Source of the DNA: Trypanosoma brucei
Taxonomy: Eukaryota
Length of the DNA: 64,000 bases
NCBI GenBank assembly: GCA_000002445.1
Contig: AE017150.2
Location: forward strand, 832,001-896,000
Direction: 5' to 3'
A program made the translations under genes and the position numbers. Below are positions 31,965 through 43,100 of the stretch, piece after piece. How positions within the stretch are numbered: the stretch's first letter is position 1; the number at the start of each line of letters is the position of its first letter. The notes under the pieces were generated by a model. It had not been told where the DNA came from. It searched no databases and saw only the letters and a program-made list of their open reading frames with translations.

Positions 31965-32993
31965 TCACAGCTGCGCCCCATCACGCGTCCAGTACACCTC
32001 CCCACTCATTGCAGCCTCGTCCATCTGCTTCCGCTTCTCACCTTCAGGGAGTCGGTAATTCATAAAAACAATACGCATCTCCTCTGGCGTCATGTCCTTC
32101 ACCCAACCTCGTGCATTCAAGTAACGTCGAGCAAGTTCCCGCTCCCTCAAATCACGATGATAAGGGCTCAGTGGGTGGCTCGCTCTCCACAGGGTATCCA
32201 GTAAACAGGGGTCACGCAAACCCTCCTCAATCTGTTCATCCGTCAGTGGTGACATATTGGGCCGGTGCAACCGCTCAATCAGTGGTGCCTCTTCAAGTTC
32301 ACGCTGCCTCAACGTAGTATATTGTTCCATGTGTATACGCCTGTACCTTTCGCATTCCTCCGTGTACTGCTGCTCAGTCATATCTTTCACGGGGGAACTG
32401 TAAGGTGTATCTACGCCAATGAAACAAACACCCATCCGCCTGGCTTGCCCAACAACGCGTCGTACACGGGTCTCCAGTAACGGGTACTCTGGACGTCCCC
32501 AACACAACGGTTTCATTTTCGCTATTTCGTATGCCATCTCCAATGTCATCAGAGCACAGTAGTGCCCTCGCAGCGGCACAGGTCCCGTCTCCCGCCGCTT
32601 CTTCCGAAGTGCACGCAGAATGAACCACGCAGTAGGTGGCGGTTCAATTGTAAAAAGATACGATTTGTCAAAGTACACTTGGATGCGAACAATCAGCTCG
32701 ACATCTTCCTTGAAGTGTGGCTTCGTCCGGTCATTGAACACCTTCGCAAAATCCATCGCCTTCAGCCCAAGTTTCGAAAACTCTTGTCCCACGGGAGGAC
32801 CCGTCGCCGCCTTCCCAGCCTTAATAAAGAAACGCCAGTTGTGCAATACACGCTTCCCAGGAAATTCAGGTCGCCCAAATATATCCCTCGCCTTCTCAAC
32901 CACCAAAGCTTCAGGCAGTCGGTTTGAACCAGGTTCTACACACACCGTCTTGGGCCGTGCCCTTAGTTGAAGGACGCCACACGCGCGGAGCAT
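31965..32993 (-). CDS. ribosomal protein L11-domain protein (mitochondrial L11-like), copy 2
   Basis: 342-aa translation identical to 8842..9870. Confidence 0.65.
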   Translation of the reverse strand: MLRACGVLQLRARPKTVCVEPGSNRLPEALVVEKARDIFGRPEFPGKRVLHNWRFFIKAGKAATGPPVGQEFSKLGLKAMDFAKVFNDRTKPHFKEDVELIVRIQVYFDKSYLFTIEPPPTAWFILRALRKKRRETGPVPLRGHYCALMTLEMAYEIAKMKPLCWGRPEYPLLETRVRRVVGQARRMGVCFIGVDTPYSSPVKDMTEQQYTEECERYRRIHMEQYTTLRQRELEEAPLIERLHRPNMSPLTDEQIEEGLRDPCLLDTLWRASHPLSPYHRDLRERELARRYLNARGWVKDMTPEEMRIVFMNYRLPEGEKRKQMDEAAMSGEVYWTRDGAQL

Positions 32994-33535
32994 CAGTCAA
33001 CTGTCACTAAATGGCTTACACACAATTACTAGTTGTAAGTCCTTATATACAGTTGCGTACCAGAAGAGAAGAGGGAAGAGATAGTAACAGCAAGCATCCA
33101 AAGAAATGGGCGAGACGGTATACAGGAAACATGTGTATGCATGTAGGCAGTAAGTAGAGCCCGTGCAGCAAGCAAAGGAAATGGTGAAACAGCACAATTA
33201 CCGTATAGTGAAGAGAAGCTTCAGAAACACAAATACAACAAAATGTAAAGGGAAGGGAAGGAATAATACTGAGACCACACACACACGCACACAGAAAGAG
33301 AGAGAGAGAGAGACGTACAGACAAACAAGGAGAAAAAACTCCTCACGATGATTCACATTCCAACACGCGGCATACGACAGTTCCTACCGCAACCGCGTCG
33401 CGCCATATTAACGCACACACTCACTCCATAAATGAATCAAATGTTCAGCACCCGCATCGATCACATCCTAAGCAATGCATTACTCAGTGCATGGCCAAGG
33501 GGAGAGTGCACATCCCAACAAGCTATAATAGCATC

Positions 33536-34516
33536 CTACTCAATTATACCACACAGAAACGACAAGAATAACAGGATACAACAAACAGGAAACGGCACCT
33601 TGTACAGAAGGAACACACTCAATAGTGAGTACATCTCCCTCCCAGAATCAGGTGCAATAACATTCGTCATTCTGCTTGCCTCGCCGACAGCTGCTTCATA
33701 CCCATTACTGCACCGACCGCTAGGAACAGTACCTGAAGCACAGTTAACAGGAGAATAAACCAATGGAGAAGCCGAAGCAGCAGTCTGATCCCCAGCACCC
33801 TTTGGGGAGTGACGGCTCCTCAACGCTGTCGAAGGTGGAGACACCTCTCCTCCAGCATTCCTTACAGCTGAACCTAACTGTGGCTGTGCTGCCGGAGCTT
33901 TCTCCACAGCCGCAGTCTCACAACCTTCCACAAGTCCTTCCACCTTTCCATGACTTCGCTTCATCACAAGGCTATCCGGAACACCCAACTCCCCATAAAT
34001 ACAGCGAAGTGCACACCGAACAGCATTCCGCTCCCTCGCCTGCACACGTCCACGTTGCTTCCAAAATGCAGCAGCGACGTCCGGACCGCTAGGGCCCTTT
34101 CTACTACAGTCACCTCCAAAGAAACCACTCACAGACTCATACGGTGCCATAACTTCCCTCGGCACCACACATATATCCACGAACACCTCATCCCTTGTGC
34201 CAGCGTCTGGCAACTCCACAGCTCCTTCCTCCACGCCACCACGCCTCGCTGCGAGACGACGGAGCCTACGGATGTCAAGCATAAACTTCACCCTCACACA
34301 TTCACCAGCAAATATCAGTCCAACAGATGGTTGAACACCATAGCGATTGCGTACAGCACTGAGAACTTTGAACGCCACAACATTCTCACAAGGGTCCTCA
34401 GTACGTACAAGTAGACTACTTAACTCGATAATATTCTCAATACTGGCATCCGTCAGAGGAGAAGGAAAGTACAGGCACTCCTGTGAAAAACAAACAATGC
34501 CCCCACCACCCTTCAT
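33536..34516 (-). CDS. conserved hypothetical protein (326 aa), copy 2
   Basis: One amino-acid difference from 10413..11393 (SRKGPSG versus SSKGPSG). Confidence 0.5.
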   Translation of the reverse strand: MKGGGGIVCFSQECLYFPSPLTDASIENIIELSSLLVRTEDPCENVVAFKVLSAVRNRYGVQPSVGLIFAGECVRVKFMLDIRRLRRLAARRGGVEEGAVELPDAGTRDEVFVDICVVPREVMAPYESVSGFFGGDCSRKGPSGPDVAAAFWKQRGRVQARERNAVRCALRCIYGELGVPDSLVMKRSHGKVEGLVEGCETAAVEKAPAAQPQLGSAVRNAGGEVSPPSTALRSRHSPKGAGDQTAASASPLVYSPVNCASGTVPSGRCSNGYEAAVGEASRMTNVIAPDSGREMYSLLSVFLLYKVPFPVCCILLFLSFLCGIIE

Positions 34517-35016
34517 CGTGGATGAAAGATACGAAACACTAATTACTCACCCGTAAGAAAGGACAGATACGAAATAGAGAAGAAAAACATAAACACATTC
34601 CCGGGAAGTAATGACAGTCACAGATACAACAAGTATGAAAAAGAAGATATTACACCAATAATAAAATAGCAAAACACCAACCTCTAATACGGTCGAATAA
34701 ATATAAACATATAACATGTCCGCTACGCAACAATTAAGCGAAACAAAAAACAATGAAAGGATAGAAAAAATACAGCGCAAACTTCGTTGGGTTGTCAAAC
34801 AATTCAAAAACACAGATTATGTGGTTGCCCACAGCGCCAACAAATCATATAACCATGCCAAATAACGAGCTGAAAGCACTCCCCACTACGGTGTCATCCT
34901 CATGGTCATACCAATAAAGTAAAATACAGAGCAAAAAAATGATCATACATACCATTCGAACGTATCATAGTACAATGAAAGAGTGACAAACATTTATGCA
35001 GCCACGCAACTCAACA

Positions 35017-35205
35017 TTACAACATATATATACAAACAGTATTAGGCATGGAGAAATACTCCTTCACATTAACAATCACGCGTCCATCATCACCATCAGC
35101 AGCAGTCACATGCAGCGAACACACGGCAGTTAGCAAATATAAAAGACCGCACAGGAGAGCAGCACGCGTAAAACCAAAATTCACCATACGGGTGTCCATG
35201 CTCAT
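35017..35205 (-). pseudogene. truncated 5' fragment of the lectin-like surface protein gene, copy 2
   Basis: Shares the signal-peptide N-terminus with the 36049..37104 gene, then diverges to the same PNTVCIYML stop as copy 1. It has 2 substitutions relative to the copy-1 fragment. Confidence 0.6.
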
Positions 35206-36048
35206 TGTCAGTGTTGCTTCCTTATGAGTTTATCAAATACACACATATGCGGGAAAGAGGGAAGAGCGTGTGAGTAAAGGGGAAATGCAACAGTGACAAT
35301 AGAAAAAGGAGTTACACAAGATATCAAATAATCACACATACACTCGAGGATAATAAACAAGAAATATGAAAAGGATAACACAAATAATAATGGAAGAGAG
35401 CAGCCATATCACATATCCCAACAAATTGGTTAGTGAGACACAGGTACTCAAAACATTTATTATCATAATGGGCCAAGTATAACTCAGGGATTGAACACTA
35501 TGGAACTCTCGTTTAATGTAACCTCATATAGATTGTTAAAATTATCAAGTGCTGCAAGTTACACGTATAGCAATACATCACACGTAACAGGGAGGACCTA
35601 CAAGCCTCCCACATATACATGGAAGTAAAACATGAAATAACGCGAACTAAACATGACACCCACACACGAAATAAATAATCAACACTAACAACAACGAAAC
35701 AATGGGACATCAAACAGTAAAGATGGTTCAATGGGTCACACACTAAAAGAACAATGATGTGGTCGGAGGGAAGTGATGCCACACATCGGAAGTCCCTCGC
35801 AGAGCCAACATGGTACAAGGAGACCGTTAATATTAGGAACATAAAAGTAATAATTATATAAGAGAGTATTGAGCACTACTGAAAGTAATAGTAGGAAGTG
35901 AAACAATACACGAAGCTAGAAATTGTGACGGTCCGTAACGTAGGATGAAAGCGGTACAGTATTCATTACTCCACTTGATCCTAAACATCACTCAACCACC
36001 ACCCATGTGATACACGATGTGACGCTAATATTATTCACTGGTTCTCAT

Positions 36049-37104
36049 TTAGCCATAATATTGCAGGGCTAAGGGAGGAGCATCAAAACCCTCTGGGGGA
36101 GCAAAAGGTGTTGGCTCCAGGACAAACAACGGTTCTCCAACAACTTCACGCAGCGTCATGGGAATGATCTCCTTTTTAACATTATAATCACAGAACCAAC
36201 GTAAAAGGAAAAGCAGCAACACAATGAGGGAAACAACAGAAATTAGAGCTATGAGAATAATGTGCCAATTACTTCTCTCTTCCAATGACGCAGTTGTCAC
36301 AGTAACTTCTTCATCCTTTGTCACAGTTGGTTCCGGTACTTCGCCTGAGGCAGGTGCAGCTGTAGTTGTTGTCGTCGTGCTGATAGAATCGTGGACCTCG
36401 CAAACAACAACGTAGTCTTGAGACTTTGTTTCAAAGTTCTGACTTGTCCATCGGATAGTCCCAGAAGCCTCCCTGCCATCGTACCAGGTAGTCACATCTT
36501 CGTGTTCATGGTACCATGAAAGGGTATACAACTGACCACTCTTGGGATATTCACTACCCCAAAAGGATGGGTAACCATTCATTGGGGCCGCAAAAGCGTA
36601 TTTGACATATGAACCACGCCAGAACGCCACCCCGTGACCATCAGGCAAAGCCTTTGCAAACAATCCCTTATTCCAACGATACACACAATGACGTGAAGAT
36701 GCCGCGTCTCCAGGCTTACAACGCTTATCAGCTTCAAATACCCTTGTACTGCTGTACACAGCATCTCCACCAAGGTAGCTGACGGCCTCAAACTCAAAAA
36801 TTACACTCTTCATAGCATCCTGCAAACTTTGGTGTGCCGCCTCCGTTTGATCGGCAGGAAGCACAGCACCGTTGTCGACACAATATGCTTCAGCATTATC
36901 GTAACCAACAATGTACCGTTCGTGACGACTAAATGCAAAATTGTCCATAGAGAAATACTCCTTCACATTAACAATCACGCGTCCATCATCATCATCAGCA
37001 GCAGTCACATGCAGCGGACACACGGCAGTTAGCAATAATAAAATACCGCACAGGAGAGCAGCACGCGTAAAACCAAAATTCACCATACGGGTGTCCATGC
37101 TCAT
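36049..37104 (-). CDS. type I membrane surface glycoprotein with a lectin-like ectodomain, short poly-Thr stalk and TM (paralog B)
   Basis: 351 aa with the same architecture as 12902..13999. It differs in clustered ectodomain substitutions (SRHERYIVGYDNAEAYCVDNG, KSVIFEFEAV, SSTRVFEAD, HEHED). The Thr run is 5 rather than 13, and the C-terminus is shorter (QYYG stop). Confidence 0.6.
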   Translation of the reverse strand: MSMDTRMVNFGFTRAALLCGILLLLTAVCPLHVTAADDDDGRVIVNVKEYFSMDNFAFSRHERYIVGYDNAEAYCVDNGAVLPADQTEAAHQSLQDAMKSVIFEFEAVSYLGGDAVYSSTRVFEADKRCKPGDAASSRHCVYRWNKGLFAKALPDGHGVAFWRGSYVKYAFAAPMNGYPSFWGSEYPKSGQLYTLSWYHEHEDVTTWYDGREASGTIRWTSQNFETKSQDYVVVCEVHDSISTTTTTTAAPASGEVPEPTVTKDEEVTVTTASLEERSNWHIILIALISVVSLIVLLLFLLRWFCDYNVKKEIIPMTLREVVGEPLFVLEPTPFAPPEGFDAPPLALQYYG

Positions 37105-39087
37105 TGTCAGTGTTGTTTCCTTATGAGTCTATCAAATACACACATATGCGGGAAAGAGGGAAGAGCGTGTCAGTAAAGGGGAAATGCAACAGTGACAATA
37201 GAAAAAGGAGTTACACAAGATATCAAATAATCACACATACACTCGAGGATAATAAACAAGAAACATGAAAAAGGATAACACAAATAATAATGGAAGAGAG
37301 CAGCCATATCACATATCCCAACAAATTGGTTAGTGAGGCACAGGTACACGTCGTATTTGATACAATAGTGGAGAAACTAAAGCAGAAAGAATATACATTA
37401 TTCAACTCTTGTTTGGTACAACCCTACTGTGCGAGGTCACCCGGAGCATTCGAGAGTGATGAAAACCAAATCCTCGCCTATTCATTATCCACGTTAGTTG
37501 AGGAGCGGAACCAACACCGACCGTCACTTCGCAAAGACGAAAAAAAATATGCAGATACAGCATAACATATCAGCTACATGCATGGTTTATGTACTGGAGC
37601 ACAGCTGGACAGTCAGCGACATTTGTCACGTAATTGCGAAACATTGTCCGTTGTTTCGTGCTTGCTGAGAGACTCCTGTAAAGTACATACTCGTCAAAAT
37701 AACCTTAAGGAAGAAAGAGAAGAAAACTAGTGGCAAGCCTTTACGACAGTAGTGAAGTTTTTGCACAAATCCTTCATCACGTGCAAAACTGTTGTAGTCA
37801 TCATCTGTACACTAAATCATTGTGCGCGCCCCATTATTCATTGCTTACTATGTCGCTTTATTGCACTACGCTACGCTGTATAACCTCATCGTCTTGGAAG
37901 TAACGTGGGTCAGATGTGGACCGTTATGAAAAAGTCGTACAACCACCACACGTTGGAAGTGCCCGTGGCGAAGGCAGCGCCGTTGGAGAAGATCAACTTA
38001 TCTTTTGTCCACGTTACGTGCAAACGCAGTTACATCCTTCGGAAACCTTCTGAAGAGCATTAAACCTTCGAAAGACGTTACGCATTTTATCTCGGTCGTG
38101 CCCATACTTACGGCTATGACTCCTCAAAGGATAAATTGAGTAATTATATATGAGTAATCACTCTTCATTTGTCAAAAAAAAAAAGATGAAAGGAAAGGAA
38201 AGGGGGCAAGTTTTAAGATATTGATGTTGTGTAACGGACATGAGTTGCCCTCCATTCCATTTGAAAAAAAAAACAAGATATTTCCTTTATGTTACACACT
38301 CTCTCACATTGTTGTGATTCAGCATTATGAAGCTTACTGCTGCCACTGCCGCTGCCACGCGTTGATAACAGCAACAGCGAGTAGACGGTTTCAGAGGCCA
38401 CCCTCGCCATTTACCGTCCTTCTCGTTTACTTCTCTCCTTTACTAGTTTTGAGACTTCTTTTTTTTTTCTTTTTGCAGCTATCCCCGTGCCTTGTGTCCT
38501 TCGCGTTTGCACAACATAAAGGGGAACTTTGGAGGAGGGGGGGAGGCGATGCCTTTTTATAATGTCATGTGCTCTGTACGAAGCAGAGGAGGGGAGTTAA
38601 ACAGCGTTGTGCTGCTGGCACGAGACGGGGGTTAGACATTTCCTCCAATGCGCATGTCAAAATACACGGGAGGGCTCAAGCAATGTGCAGCACTCACTTT
38701 ACCAGGCAAACCACCTAAAAACAGTCTCTCCACCCCGAGTCAGCATCAAGAGCAGAGGATGGTTGGAGTTAGGATGAAAAAAAAAACTGAGAACGTGAAC
38801 AAGTTAGCGAATGTAAAGTTGAGGGAATCAAGGTACTTTCGTTTTTACACACACACACATACCTACCTACTTGAGCACAGAGCTAAAAAAGAAAATGGGT
38901 AAACTATTTCCCACGCTACTCCACACCATTCTGTCTGACGGAGAGTCCTATGAAGGCAAGAAGCGCCACTCGCTAACCCAACCCATTTCTCCTTCTTTAC
39001 GTGTATCGAAGTTTGTGGAATAAGAAGGAAACTCCTAAAACATACACAAACACACACACACGTATATATATATATACTTCACCACTC

Positions 39088-39825
39088 TCATTTCATCAAC
39101 GTCATGAAGTCTGGAAGTTGAGTCGCCACATTTCCTGGAATGATTTGAGCTGAGTGGGGTGAACTCTCAATCGCGCTCATTAGGGCATCGAACACCAAAG
39201 CGCCTCCAGTCTCACTAAAGTGAAGACCATCAGAAAGGTAATCGCACCACGGCCCTTTGGCTACATTTGGCGACTCAGCGTCTTTTCCAAGAAAACGTTC
39301 GTACAGGTCAACGACATGAACGTCATTGTGCGCTTTTTTCTCCACGCATCCGACCTGCAAAACCGCATCGCGATAACTGAGGACCCTTTCAAGTGATCGG
39401 CCACAGGTGCTGGGGTCTGCCCCAAACTCCCGCTGCAGGCGTTTATGCCACTTTTCAACATTTATAGGTGGTGGCGTCATGAGAAAAATACCGCCGACAG
39501 GAGAAGCGTGTTTACGTACCAAGTCGATGATCGCCCTCAAGTTACTCTTGAATTCATGCAACGGTACGGCCTGACCACCGGTGGCACAGTCATTGGAACC
39601 CAACAACAATGTTATAAACAGCGGACGTGGGGCGTACGCGGGAAGTAAATGGTGCCGTGACTCATCATTCTTCAGTATGCTCAGAATCCAACGAGTGTTG
39701 TAACCACACAACCCACGGTTTATGACGTCTGCGCGGCGGACGTATACGTTGCTCAGTCGTGACGCCCACCCGCACTCAAAGCCCCACTCCGTGAGAGAAT
39801 CACCCAACAAAAGAATGTGAGACAT
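39088..39825 (-). CDS. GDSL/SGNH-family lipase or esterase (IAH1-like)
   Basis: 245 aa. Carries SGNH-hydrolase blocks: an N-terminal GDSLTE block (LLLGDSLTEWGF), GSNDCA, and a DGLHFS catalytic Asp/His block. Confidence 0.75.
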   Translation of the reverse strand: MSHILLLGDSLTEWGFECGWASRLSNVYVRRADVINRGLCGYNTRWILSILKNDESRHHLLPAYAPRPLFITLLLGSNDCATGGQAVPLHEFKSNLRAIIDLVRKHASPVGGIFLMTPPPINVEKWHKRLQREFGADPSTCGRSLERVLSYRDAVLQVGCVEKKAHNDVHVVDLYERFLGKDAESPNVAKGPWCDYLSDGLHFSETGGALVFDALMSAIESSPHSAQIIPGNVATQLPDFMTLMK

Positions 39826-40125
39826 AGAAAATACGTCGGAGGGGAAAAGAGGTACAAAACTGTTGAATATAGGTGATGTCTGTTGCTAATGTTTCTTCTT
39901 TGATACTATTATTAATACTGGTGGATCGCGTAACGCAATCGCGCAGCAAAAATGAAAGGAGGGAAGAAGGGACATACACGACAAATACTCGGCACTATCT
40001 AACATACAATACAACCGCCACAACAATGTTGTTATTAACCCCAAATGCTCTCCCCCACTTGCCGCACACAAACACCCCATAATAACCGTAAGCGCCAACT
40101 CTGGTGAAGAATAAACCGAAAGCGT

Positions 40126-40175
<50 letters not shown>

Positions 40176-40180
40176 AGACA
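40126..40180. repeat. (CA)n / (GT)n dinucleotide microsatellite, about 22 perfect repeats plus a degenerate tail
   Basis: Read directly: cacacaca... from 40126 to 40170, then tacacagacac. It lies between the zinc-finger gene stop (40188) and the GDSL gene start (39825). Confidence 0.9.
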
Positions 40181-40187
40181 CCTCCAT

Positions 40188-43100
40188 TCATTCATGCAGC
40201 GGCAACAAACCTCCTGCTGCGGTTGTGCATTTAGAACCACCACTGTTAGCGGCGGAATTGGCTGTGGTGTGCCTTTTACACTTACAGATATCATTCATAT
40301 TCGTCCCAACCACCTCTGTCACCACTCGGGACTCACGGGGCACCGCTTTCCGATGTAGACAAGCAGGGCAAACAACATCGTTCACAATCCACTGACGCGG
40401 CAATTTCATGTATCGAAGGTACGCCCAACGCGTCTCACGATAAATGTGAGCCTTTTGCATAGGTCGCACGAGCTCGCACAACTGTGAGAGTACCTCAAAA
40501 CCTAGTTCGTCATAGTCGGTCGTGAGATTCATAAGATCGACCAAATCCAGCGCAATAGCTACCCAGGGCCTCTTGTGTGCCCACGAAACCACCGGCACGC
40601 CGTCAACAACGTTATTGGGCTTTCCTTCCAACGCCAACAAGCAAGCCAACTGAATAATCTCCGCCACGCTCCTTACGGCACTGTGCACTGTGCCATCCTC
40701 CAACACTGGCACCCGTGGGCGTATGCCGCACCTCAAACCTCGAGAAAGGTCACATCCACGCCAGGGCAACGCTGCCTCCTCTGCGCGCTGTAGTGCAGCG
40801 ACTGCGGAACGAAGTAACTTCAAAGCGGTCGAAGGGGAGAGCTCACCATGCGCCGCGCGACGGACCGCGTTGAGAACTATCTTAAGCCTCAAACGGTGAA
40901 CTATCTCTTGCTCCGCCGGCCACACACTGGAAGGCAAAGACCGTCGTTGGTTGCAGTGGTTACATGCAGGACAGACACCGGCTAGATTTTCCAAATGCAA
41001 AAACGTCCCACATGAAGCGCAAGGGGATGGCCCTAAGGGCAGCGGAAAAAGTAGTGCAGTGGGTAAGCAAACCTCAGCACCACCCGGTGAGACACCGTCG
41101 CCGTCTCCCGCAGGGTGGTTCCCGCTGCCGCTAATGTCTTCAACTTCCTTGACTGTGTGATGTAGGTCACTCGCAACCGCAGCCCCGCCAACCTTCTGTT
41201 CAGCAGCGCTGGGATGCATGTCAGTGCACGAACGTATTTCTCGGTACCGAAGAGGATTTGTATAATAAGTAGCGACAGCAACGGCATCGTGAGCAGCACC
41301 ACAGTGCAGGCACGCTAACAGTCCCTCACCACTACCTTTTCGCAAATTGACGCCTAAACAGTTGTTTTTCAGGCAAACCCAAAGCGTGCAAGCGGTATGT
41401 GGGCGAGGAGCATGGCACGTTGGACAAGCCACAGCCTCCTTACCATCGTAGAGGCTACCGCAATGTGGACACGAAGTGTATGCCGGCTCCACCCCACCCT
41501 CAGTAAAATCAATGTCACGTCGGCCTGGATCCCTCTCTGTAGGCTCGAGCACATCCTCGCAGCTACGACAGACAACACTCCACGCAGGGCATGTTGCTCC
41601 ACAGCGAGTGCATTGTCGGGTGGCCCACGGTGTGTCAAGGCGAGTAAATGACGCAGATTTGGTGGCGCCACAGCCGTGACAATGAGTAAGTAGCCATGGG
41701 CAAGCCGTATGGCACTCCACACAACGCCACAATGTCTTTGGAGGACCCGAAGCGGCAGCTGTACACAATGTCCCGCAAAGGGAACACCAAGGACGGAGCA
41801 TCCCAAGAGGATTGTGCCGTCCGCAAACCCTGCAGTCGAATGCAGTTCGCGCCATGGCCTCTTCCATCGTTGGCTGAGGGGATGCACACCGTGCGCAGTA
41901 GAATAAATGTTGCGGTTCGTTTGTGTGGCTGCATCGACCACAGCGCCAGCGTCGTAGTGGAAAGATGGTGCAACCATCAAGAGGAAGCGCGTCACATCCA
42001 ACACCCGCTCCCCGTTCCAATGTTTCCGCTCCACATACAAGACAAATAGGGAAGTTACTGGGAGAAAATCCCCCACAGCCGCGGCATTGAATGACTGCTA
42101 GCTCCAGCGTACCACAGTATTGACACGTGCTGGCACCCCTCCTGTTCCATCGAGTGCATGACCGGCACCTCCACGGCTGTCGCTGCCGCCCAACGTACCG
42201 TCGAAATTCTAAAGCACTCTGCACAGCTTTCAGCACCTTGTCCGTGTGCTCACCCATTTCTGTGGTCGTGACACGGTGGTTCAACGACTCCAATGACGCG
42301 AGTGGCATTTCGTGCAGTGGGCTTAGGTGAGTAACGGGGCATCGAGGCGCGCCCACCACGTCGAGGAGTACAACGCTTATTCCTTCAACGAAACCCAAAC
42401 TAAGGAAGTGCTGAAGGGCCATACGACGCGCACCCAACCCAGGGTGCGCGCGATCCAACAGAGACAAGAGGCAGAAGTGGTCGGATGTAGCTTCCCCGGA
42501 ACGGCATTCACCAAGAAGACGCACGTACAATTCTACAACCTTCGAAAGGAGTCCATCCCTTCGGTAAGTTTCCACTGATGTGTGGCGGTGCAGCAATGCG
42601 TGAAGCAGCTGCAGGCATTCATAAGGCGTAGCATATCCCAAATGACTGTCGTTCGCACCAGCACACCCATGGGCAACTGCAGAAAAGGCGACTGCCGGAG
42701 GTATAGGAAATTTCCATGCTCGCGTCAGGTCGTACAAGCGGAACATACCCACCAAAGCCTCCTCAAATCCTGATTCACTGCAGTACCGCCTAGATGCCCC
42801 CTCCACAGCTTCCAACATCAAATCACGGATGTAGTGAGGGAGGCCGGCAGCAAAGTGCCGCCTCGCACCCAGTAAAAAATGTGTGAAAACCTCCACAGCC
42901 TCAGAATACCTCCCCAACAACACGAGTGCTTTGCCGCCCTCCCACGAACCACCCAATGATGGACAGTCGTGTAGATGCCTCTCAATGATTTCATAGGCGC
43001 CACAGCGTAGAAATAACTTGAAGGAAATGCGAATAGCCTCCCTTAGGCGCCGATCAACCACTGCCCGCGCCCCGCGGTGGAGACCGATGGCATCACGGTC

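Larger units (their letters stand above)
31630..37512. repeat. segmental duplication unit B (~5.9 kb), paired with 8507-14406
   Basis: Same gene content and order as unit A. The left ~3.4 kb is essentially identical (one SNP, g10977 versus t34100). The right part, over the surface-protein gene, is diverged with indels. Confidence 0.85.

Noticed and set aside
39886-40358. ORFs encoding (CV)n, (VC)n and (HT)n repeats (39886..40191, 39995..40294, 40104..40358)
   Set aside because: They are artefacts of reading through the (CA)n microsatellite in different frames.
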